DNA from: Lama guanicoe | Lineage: Eukaryota | DNA length: 64,000 nucleotides | Reading direction: 5' to 3' | NCBI GenBank assembly: GCA_013239625.1 | Contig: MU055008.1 | Coordinates: 5,517,401 to 5,581,400 of the forward strand | In this document: positions 13,201 to 25,179 of the stretch, one piece after another | How positions within the stretch are numbered: position 1 is the stretch's first letter | Layout: the number at the start of each line of letters is the position of its first letter | The notes under the pieces: model-generated | Seen by the model: only the letters and a program-made list of their open reading frames with translations | What the model was told of the DNA's origin: nothing | Databases searched by the model: none | Program-made: the position numbers and the translations under genes

Positions 13201-16200
13201 GCTTGACTTGGTTATTGAAGCCCAGATTTTTCTTTTTCACTCCTACAGTTCACACGGCATAAGGCTCGCCTCTGACATCAGACTGACCTCAGCCAGCAAA
13301 GCAGCTGCCCCCAACCAAACACCACAACAAAATGTATTTCAGCACAAGGTCAGGCTAGAGGCCGATACCTTTTAAAGACACGTCATTTTGCAGTGAGAAA
13401 AAAAAAATAGGAGGCTTTTAGGCTATTAGATGAACTAGAGAGACCAATAGGAGCTATTTTTGTTTGAAACCAAAATGATCTAATAAAACAAGATTAGGGT
13501 TCTATTCCTTCGAGGCCTCATTCAATCATCAGGAAAGCAAGTAGGAGAAAGCGAACAGCGGTGTAACCAGAGATCAAGGGCCATCGTTAATGTGCAATTT
13601 AGTTACATAATATTGTTCTCATAATTAAGAAATGCTGCTTTATACCAAGCTTGGAAACTTCCAGCAGAAAATGGAAAATGCACTGGGATTTGGGAATTGG
13701 AGGGGCCTAGTTGGAATTTCAAGTTTCCAGCTGGTTAACGAGGAGACTTCGGACACGTGACTTTACTTCCCTGAGGCTCAGTGAGCTCAGTAAACCAGAG
13801 CTGAGGGCTTTGCACGCTTACCACGTGCCACGCCACTGCATCGTGTCCAGCCTGTCCACGGAGACCTACTGTCACTGACCTCACTTCCTTTTCACTCTTG
13901 GAGGAAAATTCTTGCTGCTTTTTTATCACTAGTTATAATAAGAGGAGACACACTCAAGATACTTTGATCAAAGGAAACTTTGTTTTCTGGCATTTCTTTT
14001 AAGACCAGCTATGATCAGCTAGGCCATTACGGGTAATTAGAGGTTTCTTCTGGTGAGGTGGGCAGGGAGGATGCTGAGTGCAGCCTGCAACCTTTCTGGG
14101 GGCAGTGTCGTATGGGATAAAGTGAGCGACAAGGCACAGCAGCCCTGCGTGTGTGGACACGTCCTCTGGAGAGACTGATGTCGGTGGTGCTGACTCTTCT
14201 GAGAGGCTGGCTGAGGGACTATTCCATCCTCTCTGGTCCTCGCCAGCACCAACAACCACAGCCCCACTCCCTTCCCATGGGCCAGGGTGCCCCCCACAGC
14301 GAGGCAGGTGTTAGAAAAGGTGCTGCCCTGGACTGAGCCCAGAGGTAAACAGACAAATAGAGCTGGATGCTCACTGGCTCTGGCCTTGACCGCTCAAGGA
14401 AGGTCCAGGATCAGTTGGGTTGATGGAACCGCACCTGGCCAATCAGGAAGTTAAACATAATAGAAGGTGCTCCACCCCTAACAAGAACTAGAAGGGCCCA
14501 GGTGGCAGTGCAGGGCTAACATGATGCCTCTGTGATCATACAGAACTCAAGGTCTCATCTTTTTATTCCACAGTCCTACACGTGGTTCTGGCCTCAGTCA
14601 CCTCACTGTCCACGACATCTGCTGAACAAGCCTTTGCACTAGCATCCCAGGCCGCCAAGGAGACGGGGAGGAAGACGGGCCCGCCCCTTCCAAGGGGCCT
14701 TCCAGGAAGCGTCACATAACACTTCCACTTAAATCTCACTGGTCAGACTTAGTCACAAGGGAAGCTGGGAAATGTAGTCTTTTATTTTGGATGGCAACGT
14801 GGCCAGCTGAAAGTCCCTGCTCCCTTCCCTTTGGTGTTACTCATCCACTCACCAAACATTCGAGCACCTTCTATGTGCCTGTAATGTGCGCTCAGGACAG
14901 GGGCCCAAAGAAAGCAAGCTCGGGCCCTCGAGGCAGTCAGGCGGGTGGTGAGCACCTGTCGGTGGTCTGTGAGATGCTGGAGGTGCAGGCAGTGAGGGCT
15001 CAGAGTCCAAGGCCTGGTGCTGGGGAGTCGTGGGCAGAGCGGCAGGAAGAGGGGAAACGGGAACAGAGGCCAGAGGAAGGGGGAATCCATCACCGGGAGA
15101 AGCGGGGAGGGGATGGCCAGCCAGGCAGAAGCCTGAGCAAGTAGGGAGTCTACCCACAGCCCCGGGCGTGGAGTGTGCGAGCGTGTGTGTATAGCGTGCG
15201 GAGCAGTGTGAGCAGAATGAAAGGAAGGTGTGGAAGGGACAGGATGGAAAAAGAAAAAGTGTTGTATGAGAAGGAGTTTGGGCTCTTCTAGAAGGAAAGG
15301 GAAGACCCTGAGGGGTGCTGGGCAGGACGATGCCTTCTCAGGTTAAGGTGGGGAAACACGTTTCCCACTCAGCCGTCCACTCAGTTCCCACTGGTTAAAA
15401 ACCTGAGAGTGATTTCCAGGCCCAACGGCAGGCAGTTACAAAGGCCTCACCCCATGGGGCTCAAGGAGGCAAAGCTGTCCCCCCCAACGAGATTTGGTGA
15501 TAGCCAGGGCCCTGCTTTCTGCCCTAAAGGGCCCGGAAGGAGAGGGGACGGCAGAACCCAGCCCCTCAAGCCCCGCCCACCACACCCAGCACCCCTCCTT
15601 TACCTCAAGCCACAGGGGAAACGGAGGCCGCTGCCCAGCTCCCCTCGATATCCCCTCGCCCTGCACTGACCGGGGCCTCCAGTGCCCAGCCCCCAGATGC
15701 CACCCACCCGCAGCCCTGCAGGTTCAGTCCTCCCTTCCTCTCCCATTTCCTTCAGCCTGTGATCAGGATCAAGCTCACTCCATCCGGAAAAACCTATCAA
15801 TCTCACCTTCCTCCAAGGCTGCCAATGTCTCTGTCCCCTCCTTTGAGGTACACAGCGTGCTGCAGCATTGGGAAACATAGAAGTTCTTTTACAATTTTCA
15901 AATAATCGGTTCATCATGTTTTCGGGTGAAGTCCCTCCAAATTTAATTCAGTGGGGCTAATAATGGTGACTCTTCAAAAAGTATGATCAACACGTTAGTG
16001 TCCAAAACATCTGGAAGCACGAGAAAACTGAGCCAATTATTTGAAAAACTAACCAGTTATTTATAACCAACATACTGCTTAGCCATAAGTTTGTCTCCTG
16101 ACTTTGCAGACCACACACACGAAGTAAGAATGCAAAGGGCACTGTTTCTATTTCTTCACGTCCTCCTGGCTCCCCACAGCCTGGCCTCTGTCCTCGTCAC

Positions 16201-17520
16201 GTCGTCTTGAGGAAGGGGCGACCCACGACTCTGAAGAACGAGAACTCCTGCCCGCCCTGCCTGTCCTTGCACAGGAGTGAAAAGTACCAGCCCAGAGCTG
16301 AACTACGAGGTCCACATCCTGTCTCCGCCTCTGGCCAGCTGTGGGGCATTAGATAGAGAGACCAACCTCTCTGTGCCTCGGCCCCCTCATTTGTGAGAAG
16401 GGGATGATGACAGCTGCTGGGGGTAACAGGTGTTACGTGGGTGGAAGAGCAAGCACTGAACGAGGACCCGCGGCTGCCTTCTGTCTCCTGCTCGGCATCC
16501 TGCCACTCAGACGCTCTTCCCAGCCTGGCTCCTGGCTCATCTCCCTCTGCCCAGCACTTAAAGCTCAAAAGGAGACTCAAGGCCCACCCCATCACAATCC
16601 CCTGGGGGGTTCAAACTGGAACACAGACTCCTGGTCGCTCCCGAATGGGTTCTGATGCGGTGGGGCTGGAGTCCAGCCCAAGAATCTGCATTTTAAACAA
16701 CCTCTCTCACATGCTCCCATTTGAGAACCCGGTCTCAATCCACTTTTCTCCCCAGGCTGTCCATCACGCCTCGTCTCCCTCTGACACAGACGAGACCTGC
16801 ACTAAAGAGTTGATCCCAGCAGGCACCGGTATCATCAAGTCCACGTCGGGTGAGATGCAGCTCTGCGCATGCGCCTCAGGAAGGCGTCTTCCAGGCCGCT
16901 GTGCTTCCTAGAGATGAGAATTTGGAGACAGGATGGTGGAAGGTGACCTTTTTTAAAGCACCTCAGATTTTTCGTTTGAAATATTCAGTTCCTGAAATAC
17001 ATTATGCACGACTATGCCTCCATAAGCAAAGTATATAGAGACAGTTTCACCTTTTCCTAATGGCTAGAATCATTATTATGAACAGGTCACAATGGGTGGT
17101 GGTCTGAGCGTGGGACTTGGCGATACCTACCTATGAATTCTCAGGCCTGGTCTCCTGCTTAGAGATCATCTCTCTTGCTCTGCGGTATTTCTGCTGCCAA
17201 CAGCCTTTCTTCATTTCTGCTTCTAATGTGTTGTAAGCTTAAAAACCAAAAACGTGTTGGGAACACGTCTAATAAGATTAAATATGGTCTGTGTCAGGGA
17301 GTCTGGGGCTCTCCTGTGGGCGGAGGACGTAGATTCCAGTTTATGCTCTTTGAAACATCTTTCCCCTACCCAGGGACAGATTCGTTCTCAGTTACGGTTG
17401 AGTGGGGCTGGGTGGCTGCAGTCAGGTGAGGCCCTAGCTGAGGGCTTTACCAGTCGCTCTACCCACCAGCATCCACCCACACATTCATGAACCCGACCAA
17501 TTATTTAAAGTCAAACTACA

Positions 17521-17585
17521 CATTATGCTGTACACCAGAAATGGACACATTGTAACTGACTATATACATCAATAATAAATAAATG
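17521..17585 (+). mobile_element. Extremely 5'-truncated L1 3' end with a 13-bp TSD
   Basis: tatgctgtacaccagaaatggacacattgtaactgacta plus an A-rich tail. Exact direct repeat aagtcaaactaca at 17508-17520 and 17586-17598, TTT/AAA target site. Confidence 0.85.
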
Positions 17586-18429
17586 AAGTCAAACTACAAA
17601 TCTACTGACTTCATGTTTATGGATTGGAATAGTATCCGTAACTCCAACAAGTGACCATCCCCCCCTAGTGGTCTAAGAGAGTATCAGAAAGGTTAACTTA
17701 AACCCCGAAACAGTTTACAGAAAACCCGTGGGCATGATCAACGGTTTTGTCCAATCCTTAAGTCATCCTCTACCAAATTTCCCAAGATCCCGAAGCCTAG
17801 AAAAACATCTGTGTTTAAGATAAACATGAACATCTACTAGGTAGGCATAGATTCTCCATGAAAAGCCAAGACCACCTCCCCAATTCCCTGCCTTTGTATT
17901 TATGAGGCTCATGGGTGGAAGGACACGTGGGAGGACAGTGTACCCAGAGGTAGGGCGTGCAGTGCCAGGTGTGCTGGGAGCTGGTGATGCCCTGGTCCTG
18001 CAGAGAGGAGAGGAACCAGAAGCTGAGACCCCAGAGCAGGAGCCTAGAGCAGGGTGGGTGGGTCACCCGCCAGGCTACGGAGGGTGCCTGACAAAGGCAG
18101 GAGGGTAGGCCATGGCCCAGGGTCAGTCCTGGGCCCTACCTGAGCAGGTCACGGAAGCATGGGGTCAGGCTGCAGAAATCCCAGGGCACTGCAACTCTGT
18201 TTGGGTCATCTGTTCATGCTGTGTGGGGCCCAGGCCACAGTGAGGCTCCCGGCAAAGGCCAGAGAAGCGTCATGCAGGGAGGGTGAGGTGCAAGCAGAAG
18301 GGAAGGTCCCCTTCTCACTATTTCGGGATTTGTAGCTTATAGGGCAGAGAGTCTCTTAAAACTCTGATCCTATATAACTTCTGTTTTCTAATTTGTGATT
18401 AAGCGCACCCAGCAATCACAGTAGAACTG

Positions 18430-18747
18430 AAGAAGGATATAATTCCCTTTATTCCTCATGTTTAAAATTCCAAATTCCACCAATTGGGGGCGGGGGGCAT
18501 TTACTAATACGCAAATTCTCCACCTGGCCGCCACTGGCAATGAGACCAAACATTCCACCGTGTTTATGGCTTTGGTTATTGCTTCCTTATTCCCCATCCT
18601 CTCTGGTATCTTGAGAGAAGTATAAAAACATGAACCTCTTAATAGAGACCTCAATCTGTTATGTGCCAAGTCAAAATACCTATCAACCCCACTTCTCCCA
18701 ACTCTGAAAGTCTCGGCATGTCCCATGCTTCCTCTCTTAGCAGCAAA
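18430..18747 (-). other. SMIM11: Probable SMIM11 terminal non-coding exon (3'UTR)
   Basis: Acceptor gctttgttctctgcccaccag before 18747 and AATAAA at 18448-18453 (- strand). A donor CAG|gtatcg lies at 21490, 17 nt after the stop. Confidence 0.6.
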
Positions 18748-21506
18748 CTGGTGGGCAGAGAACAAAGCACAGCGGGCTGCTCCTCCTTCTTCACAACAGG
18801 ACTCAACAGAGTGAGTTTCTCCTAGACGTGGTGCCCATCATGGCAGACAGGTCTCCCCGGTACCCCTCCCTGCAAGGACCCCCGCACGTCTGCGGAGGCC
18901 CGATGCTCCTGGTTGAGGGAACAACCTCCCTCTGCTGCGATGGTAAAAACATGTGAGGAAGGACTTGGAAGAGGGAAAGAGGAGGGAGATGGGGTACCAC
19001 CAGGGCAGCAGATCAGAGGGATGGAGGGGTGGGTGAGGGTGAGCTGGCCGATGCCACTGCTACGGCCCAGTCCTCTGTGGAGGGGCACCTATGATCTGGC
19101 ACCCACAGCTCAGAAATGCTGGAAACGTAAATGCTGGGGTTTATGTGTGTAAGAGAGAAACACACACACGCTTTGGCTTATTCCAAACACCAGAGACACC
19201 CTTTTAACAAAGGTATGTTTTTTTTAGTAAACAAAATACTGGTTCTTTTAAAAGCGTATAAAAATTCACATCACTTTAAGTTAGGCTATAGCTTAGGAAT
19301 TTATCTTCTGACACATCATTCAATAATTAAGTCTTTCTTCTCAGCTGGAGTCCACTCAAGTTGACATTTAAATTACAAAACCTAGAAAGGAAAACCAAAA
19401 GGGTAAGTATGAAATGTCTGAGAGAACAACAGTGAATGTTTTACTTGCTCAGCGTTAACCTTTCTGCTCAGCCGTTTAGACTTAACAAATAGAAACCACT
19501 GAAGATTATCTATTCATGAATGTATTTTTAGCATCACAATTTCCTTTCATCTAAAAATTCCTTTTGTTTAAAACAAGGCTCCAGGCCAAGCTTTAAAAAG
19601 CGGCCAGCAAGGAGGGGAGACAGACTCCCCGGGTGGGTTCTGGGCTTAGCCGGGGAAGCCATCCATCCCTACTCACTGACAGCCTGTGCTGACGTCTGTG
19701 GGAGGGAGAAGTGTTTATGACCTCACACCTAATCTTTCCTCCTCTTTGTGGTTTAACCCACAAAATGATGACTCAGTATGGAAAAGAAATCCAACCAACA
19801 TTGCAATAGAAACTGCCTTTCCGCACGCCTTCTGTGATTTCGAAGGGCGTCCTCTTGCCCCACTCTAGTGCTACTCCTGAGTTTGTCAGTAAAACATCTT
19901 TCTAAGAAAAAAATTTATAAAGGCAAGGTTTCCTAACAATAGTTTATTTTGCCTGGCAAAGCAGACAGCTCACTGATGACCCGTGAGCAGTGAGCAATGA
20001 GAGAGGACGCTCCCCTCCACCTGGGATGCGAACAGAGGCGGAGGGAGCGCTGCCTGCAGCTCGCTCCCATGCATTCAGGACGCAGTGAAGCTGAGGGTGG
20101 GGCCTTGTGGCCGAGGCCCTGTGGCTGGATGTTCAGCCCGGGTTCAATTCTGGTTCTGCTCTTCCCCACGTACAGTGTGGGCCATTTTTTAAATCTGAAT
20201 GGACCACACAGAACTGTTAGGAGTTGTCAATAACAGCGCTGTACAGGAAATGCTTAGCTAAATGCCAGCACAGAACAATCACTCAATATGTATTGCAATT
20301 GTTACTAATAAGTGTGCTTTTTAGCCTCGACAAGTCTACAGGTGCTGTAAGGGAGTCACCTTTACAGAAGCCTGTCTCCAGGAGGAGAGGGGTTTTGGGG
20401 GTCCCCGATCCAGTGGTCCCTACCGTGGCCTGTTGCTGAGAAAACTACAGAAGAATCACCTAAAAGGTCTTCAAAAGAACAGATGCCCGGACCCAACCAC
20501 AGACATGATGGAAGCTCTCTGGAGCCTGGGAATGTGCATTTTAAATAGGCACTCCAGGCAAATTCTGACCATCAGACAGATTTGGGAACCACTGATCTAG
20601 AATTCTCTGCTACCATATTTGAACCCTTTAATTTTTAAAGAAAAGCGTAGAACTCAAGCTGCTAAATGATGCAACTGGATGAGTGCACCAGAATTAAGAA
20701 AACTGCTAACTGCTGTACGTTCGATCTGTAAGTGGGGGGTTTAATAACTTCCTGGTGCCTTAACTCAACAGACACGTTCCAGGCACCCCCCTGTGCTGTG
20801 ACAGGCACCAGATAAAACAACGAGGAAGACTTCGTGCCTGATGAGGTGGTCATCGGGACGGTTCTCTAGGCCAGGGGACTAACTGGCAAAGGCCAAGGGG
20901 CATGAAAGTCTACCATGGTCACGGAAAGGCCCGCAGGAGCGGAGGGAGGGGCAGACGTGACCTGGGTGAAGGGCGCATTGGGAAGGGATTTATACGCCGC
21001 CTCTAGGAGTCAGACTTTATCCTGTGGTTAGCGGGGTTTCTTAATCTTGGGTACAGGCAGAGGTCTTAAATGACCTGGACCCCACTTTCTCCCCATCCCT
21101 GTCTGCAATTTATGTACAATTTAGGTGTTTCTAGTATGTGTGCTTCTTTGGGTAAAAGGTCTACAACTTCCAGAAAATTCTCAAGTGTCCTGTGACCCAA
21201 CTCCTGCCAAGCATCACTGCTGGCGACGAGACGGAACCACCGCGGGCCGAGAGCAGAAGCGGAGACGAGTGACACGTACTCTGTGGCTCATGGCAGCCAG
21301 GGCGCGTGGCCAGGATCTGCACACCTCACCCACACAGCTGCTGTGGCTGCGCTACCTCGACGACAGGTTGCGCTGCGCGCCCTCACACGGCCTTCAGACC
21401 CGAGGGAGCCGGGATTCTCGAAACCATCACATCCACTGGCGCTCCCGCCCTCACCCACCGCGGGGTGCGCGCTTGTAAAGCCCCGATACCTGTGATTCCG
21501 GAAGCT

Positions 21507-21671
21507 TTAGTCATCTTTCTTCTCTGACTGCTGCTTCTTTTCAGCCTCCAGTTTTTGCTGCTTTGCTTCCAATCTCTTCCTTTGGTATATTTTGACTCCG
21601 GCAAACGCCAGGCAGAGAATTAATGTTTTGGCTGCCAAGATATACAGCAGCACAGGTACGTGCTCAAGAAC
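21507..21671 (-). CDS. SMIM11: SMIM11 main coding exon (residues 5-58, single TM helix plus charged tail)
   Basis: Encodes VLEHVPVLLYILAAKTLILCLAFAGVKIYQRKRLEAKQQKLEAEKKQQSEKKDD*. Preceded by acceptor ttctttcag (AG at 21672-21673), phase 0. Confidence 0.95.
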   Translation of the reverse strand, partial: VLEHVPVLLYILAAKTLILCLAFAGVKIYQRKRLEAKQQKLEAEKKQQSEKKDD

Positions 21672-24600
21672 CTGAAAGAAGGAGACCATTCTAAGTGCTC
21701 CAGAACTGGTAAGGGACGCTCTTCTACGTGCCTTCATTTGACAAACATTCACTGTGCACCCGGCTTCCCAGACAGGACCACCAGAGGACGGCGGACAGAA
21801 TAACTCTGCTCTCTCATAACCTGACTGGGCACTTTGCCGATCACCCAGGCCCTCTGCGTCTGAGGCAATGACACGGTCCAGGGCAAGGAGCCGGAGCCAG
21901 GAGCCTGGTTACAGCCCACGCTCTGCCACTGACAGGCCGTGCAACCTGGGTCAGTCCCCTGACTTTCCTGAGCTTCTGTCTCTTCATCCACAAAGGGAGG
22001 CCGGTCCAAACCTTCCTTCTGAATTCTCCACTTAGATCGGTGGCTATGATTTTTCTCTTGGTTCCAGCTACTCATTAGCACTGGTATTTGAAGGTAAAAT
22101 AAATATAAAAATAAAATACAATAAAAGTTAAAATATTAAACTTGGCTACTTATTCACTGGTCCTATAGTTAATTTCCTGTTGGAAGTTTTAACCCATTGG
22201 CTAACGTGATGTCTGGGGAATAACCAGGGGTTAGAATTACTCACTCTCTGCACTAGCAGGCATTATTATGAAGTCCTATATGTCACAATCAAATCTAAAG
22301 GCAAATGCTAAACACGGGGACCCCTCCACCTGGGACGAGAGACAGAGTGATGCGTGCAGCTTGCTCCCGTGCATTCAGGATGAAATGCAGCCGGGGCTGA
22401 GGCCTTGTGGTTGAGTACAACCAGCTTAGAACACTGATTTGGTGTCCAGGTCGTTCCTCCCTCAGACCTACAGCAAATCTCCCCAACCTCCCCCAAATAA
22501 TCCTCTAATTCATCTACTTTCTTGGAAGTTCACATTTTAGAGATGAGGCTTGGCTCTATGTTTATAAGCCAGATAAGAAAGGAAAGAACGTTAAATTTTA
22601 CCTCCTTGGAAGCAAAAATCACCAGTTTGGAGATACAAACTTCCTTTCACGCTCACCGGGACTTCCCAGGCTGAAGCGCTGACTTACCCTGGCAGAGGTT
22701 AAGCTTCCAATTATCTCAGTCTCTATGGATGAGCCTCTGGCGTCCTATCATAACAGGGCCCCCATCACAGCCCACAGCTCCCATGATCTAAAACCCAAAA
22801 CTTAGCTGTAGAAGGTACAGGAATGTACCTCGCAACCAGAAGTTAGAAAACCCACTGAAATCAAAACCCATCAACAAATGGACCCAAGTAAGTGGTCTGG
22901 GTATCTACTTTCATTTTAAAGGTAGCAGAGAGGAGGCAGCAAGACGCAGAAGTTTCCGGACTGGGAGAGGGGTGGAGCAGTGGCAGTGGAGATCAAGGAC
23001 ACCACAAGGGCTAAAGCCGAAGGTTTCAGGGCCCCTGTTCCTGCATCTCTCTTGGACAGATTTGCTAACTCCTCAGTTGTGTTAAATTTCTTCCTTTGAT
23101 TTCTTTCTAACAAGCCCTTCATGTTAAGTCCCCAAACATGCAAATCTTCAAGGAGGTAAATGAATGAAATAATGTTGGGGTGGACTAGATCTATACCAAT
23201 TAAAAATACAATACCTGTGTAATGAGAATGACTGACTTTTAAAATAGTCTTGCTCCTGCACAGGCAGTGTTGCCTGTCGCTGATGGCCACCAGCCGGCAG
23301 AGCCAGAAAGGCAAGCCCAGGATGCACTGGGGGCTCCGTAGTCCTTCCTCCTCCTGGGACTCACCGAGTCAGGGCGTGGGGAGGGGCCATTCCTTTCTCA
23401 TACTACATGGAAGGACCCCACCCTTCCCCCACCTTCCTAAACACGAGGTTGCTCCCTGGTAGCCCTGAAGCTGTGCCTGCCCAAAGTTGGAGTGGTTCGG
23501 GCAGATTTTGTTTCTGACACAGGAAAGGACTCTTTTGTGACAAGCAGAGTTGGCCCGGGTGGTCAAGGGGGGTTGATATCACTCTGTAATTAAAATGAAA
23601 CCTTGCTCTGTGCAGTGCCTTGCCGGTATACACCCGCATCGCCTGGGAACTCCTTAACCCCGGGCCTCTGCAGCCAGAAACTCTGGGGGTGGAGCTGCAG
23701 TCCTTATTTTACCTGGTCCTCAAGGGGGCTTTGATGCACCCTGCAGTGAGAGAACGCCAGCCTCGTAGCCCCAAGCCCCACGCTCTGACCCCTGCTGCTG
23801 GGGCCCCCAGAACCAGGTACCGCCTGTCATCCCTACTGACTTCAAGCTCTGCAGAGGCTAAAAATCCTTCCCTAAATCTGCCCCTACACTGCTCTCTGCT
23901 CCCCCAACCTCACTTACATCCTCTCACTGCCCTGTCTTTCCCTTCCAACCTTTCTCCAGGCAGCTCTGGAGCCAGAGTACATCCATAACAGACTCTCCCA
24001 CATCTTCACCCCTTCACAGAATCCTCACTCTTCCTCCTGGACCTCAGCCACGCTCTTCCTGGACAACAGTCCCCAGAGCCCTCCTGCAGGGCCCCCAGGC
24101 CCCATGGAGCTGGAGCTGGAGGGGGTCTGTTCTCTCCCGGCTCCCAGATCCTGATTCCAGACCTTTCCAGTTCTCCTTGCAATGGAAAGCCAGGGGCTGT
24201 TCTGAACAAGGAAATGCTTAGAATAACTGAAGAAATACATACAATGAGATCCTAAGTTTGAAAGCACACACATTACACTCATATATATATACACGGAAAA
24301 AATACTAGAAGAGAATATACCAAATTGTTAGTAGTAGCCATCTCTGGATAGTGAGACGATACATGATTTGGATTTGATTTTACACTTTTCAAAGCATCTG
24401 ATTGCTCTCTTAGCTAACTTCCACCCCACCCCACTCCACCCACTTCAGGGAGGTAACATGACACCCCCCTTCCCCCAGGAAGAGCTGCTGTTGCCCGCAG
24501 CCCTCTGGGTGCTCACGGCTAACAGGAAACTCTCTGGTTGCCCCTGAACTCCGCTCCCACCAACTGCATCTGTGTTTCACAAGGGTCAATTGTTGTTCAT

Positions 24601-24689
24601 GCCGCAGCCAGTTTATTTAAGTAGTATGTGATATTAGAATAGATAACAGATAATTTATTTAAGCACAACATTAATGAAATGTGACTATG

Positions 24690-24970
24690 TAAAGGAAAAG
24701 CTGTTTCCATGAAAACTAAGTTGAACGCTTTGAAGGACTCAATTTGAACTGGAAAAAAAACACCATTGGTAACACAAATGTAAAAGATTAGGGAAGAAGA
24801 GCATAAAAATCTGGAAAGATTTTGTATGTAAACTGCTTCATAAGGTCTTCATCCACTTTAAGGAAACCGAAGTGTGAAACTGTAGGTGAAACTTTAAAGG
24901 CATCGTTTTTGCAAGAAAAACGAGGCGGATCTGAAGTCAGTGGACGTCCTCTCAGAGATAAGGTCTAGCC
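24690..24970 (+). mobile_element. Tigger/pogo DNA-transposon fossil (CENP-B-type HTH remnant)
   Basis: Translation from about 24864 gives KPKCETVGETLKASFLQEKRGGSEVSGRPLRDKV*, which resembles the pogo motif L..WF.Q.R..G.P+SG.+L+EKAL. Confidence 0.6.
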
Positions 24971-25167
24971 TTCCTCCAAAAATCTGCTGAATAAATGTAC
25001 CCTCATATATTTGACTTAAAATAAAATATTAAACATTATTATGATTCCCACTTTACTTTCTCCTTTTTTCTTTTTAATCAACCCATCTCTACAGAACTGG
25101 TATTCTGAATTTTTATAATCAGGAGAAAGAAAAAATTCAAGACATAAATCTTTAAAGTTATCCTCAC

Positions 25168-25179
25168 CTTCCAGTTCAT
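25168..25179 (-). CDS. SMIM11: SMIM11 first coding segment, MNWK (exon about 25168-25203)
   Basis: Reverse strand reads ccaacATGAACTGGAAG|gtgagga. Joined to the 21671 exon it gives the 58-aa MNWKVLEHVP... protein. Candidate acceptor tgttgatcag at about 25204. Confidence 0.92.

Noticed and set aside
21672-21752. ORF-track N-terminal extension of SMIM11 (MNVCQM...FFQ)
   Set aside because: Intronic sequence upstream of the acceptor; the true start MNWK is at 25168-25179.
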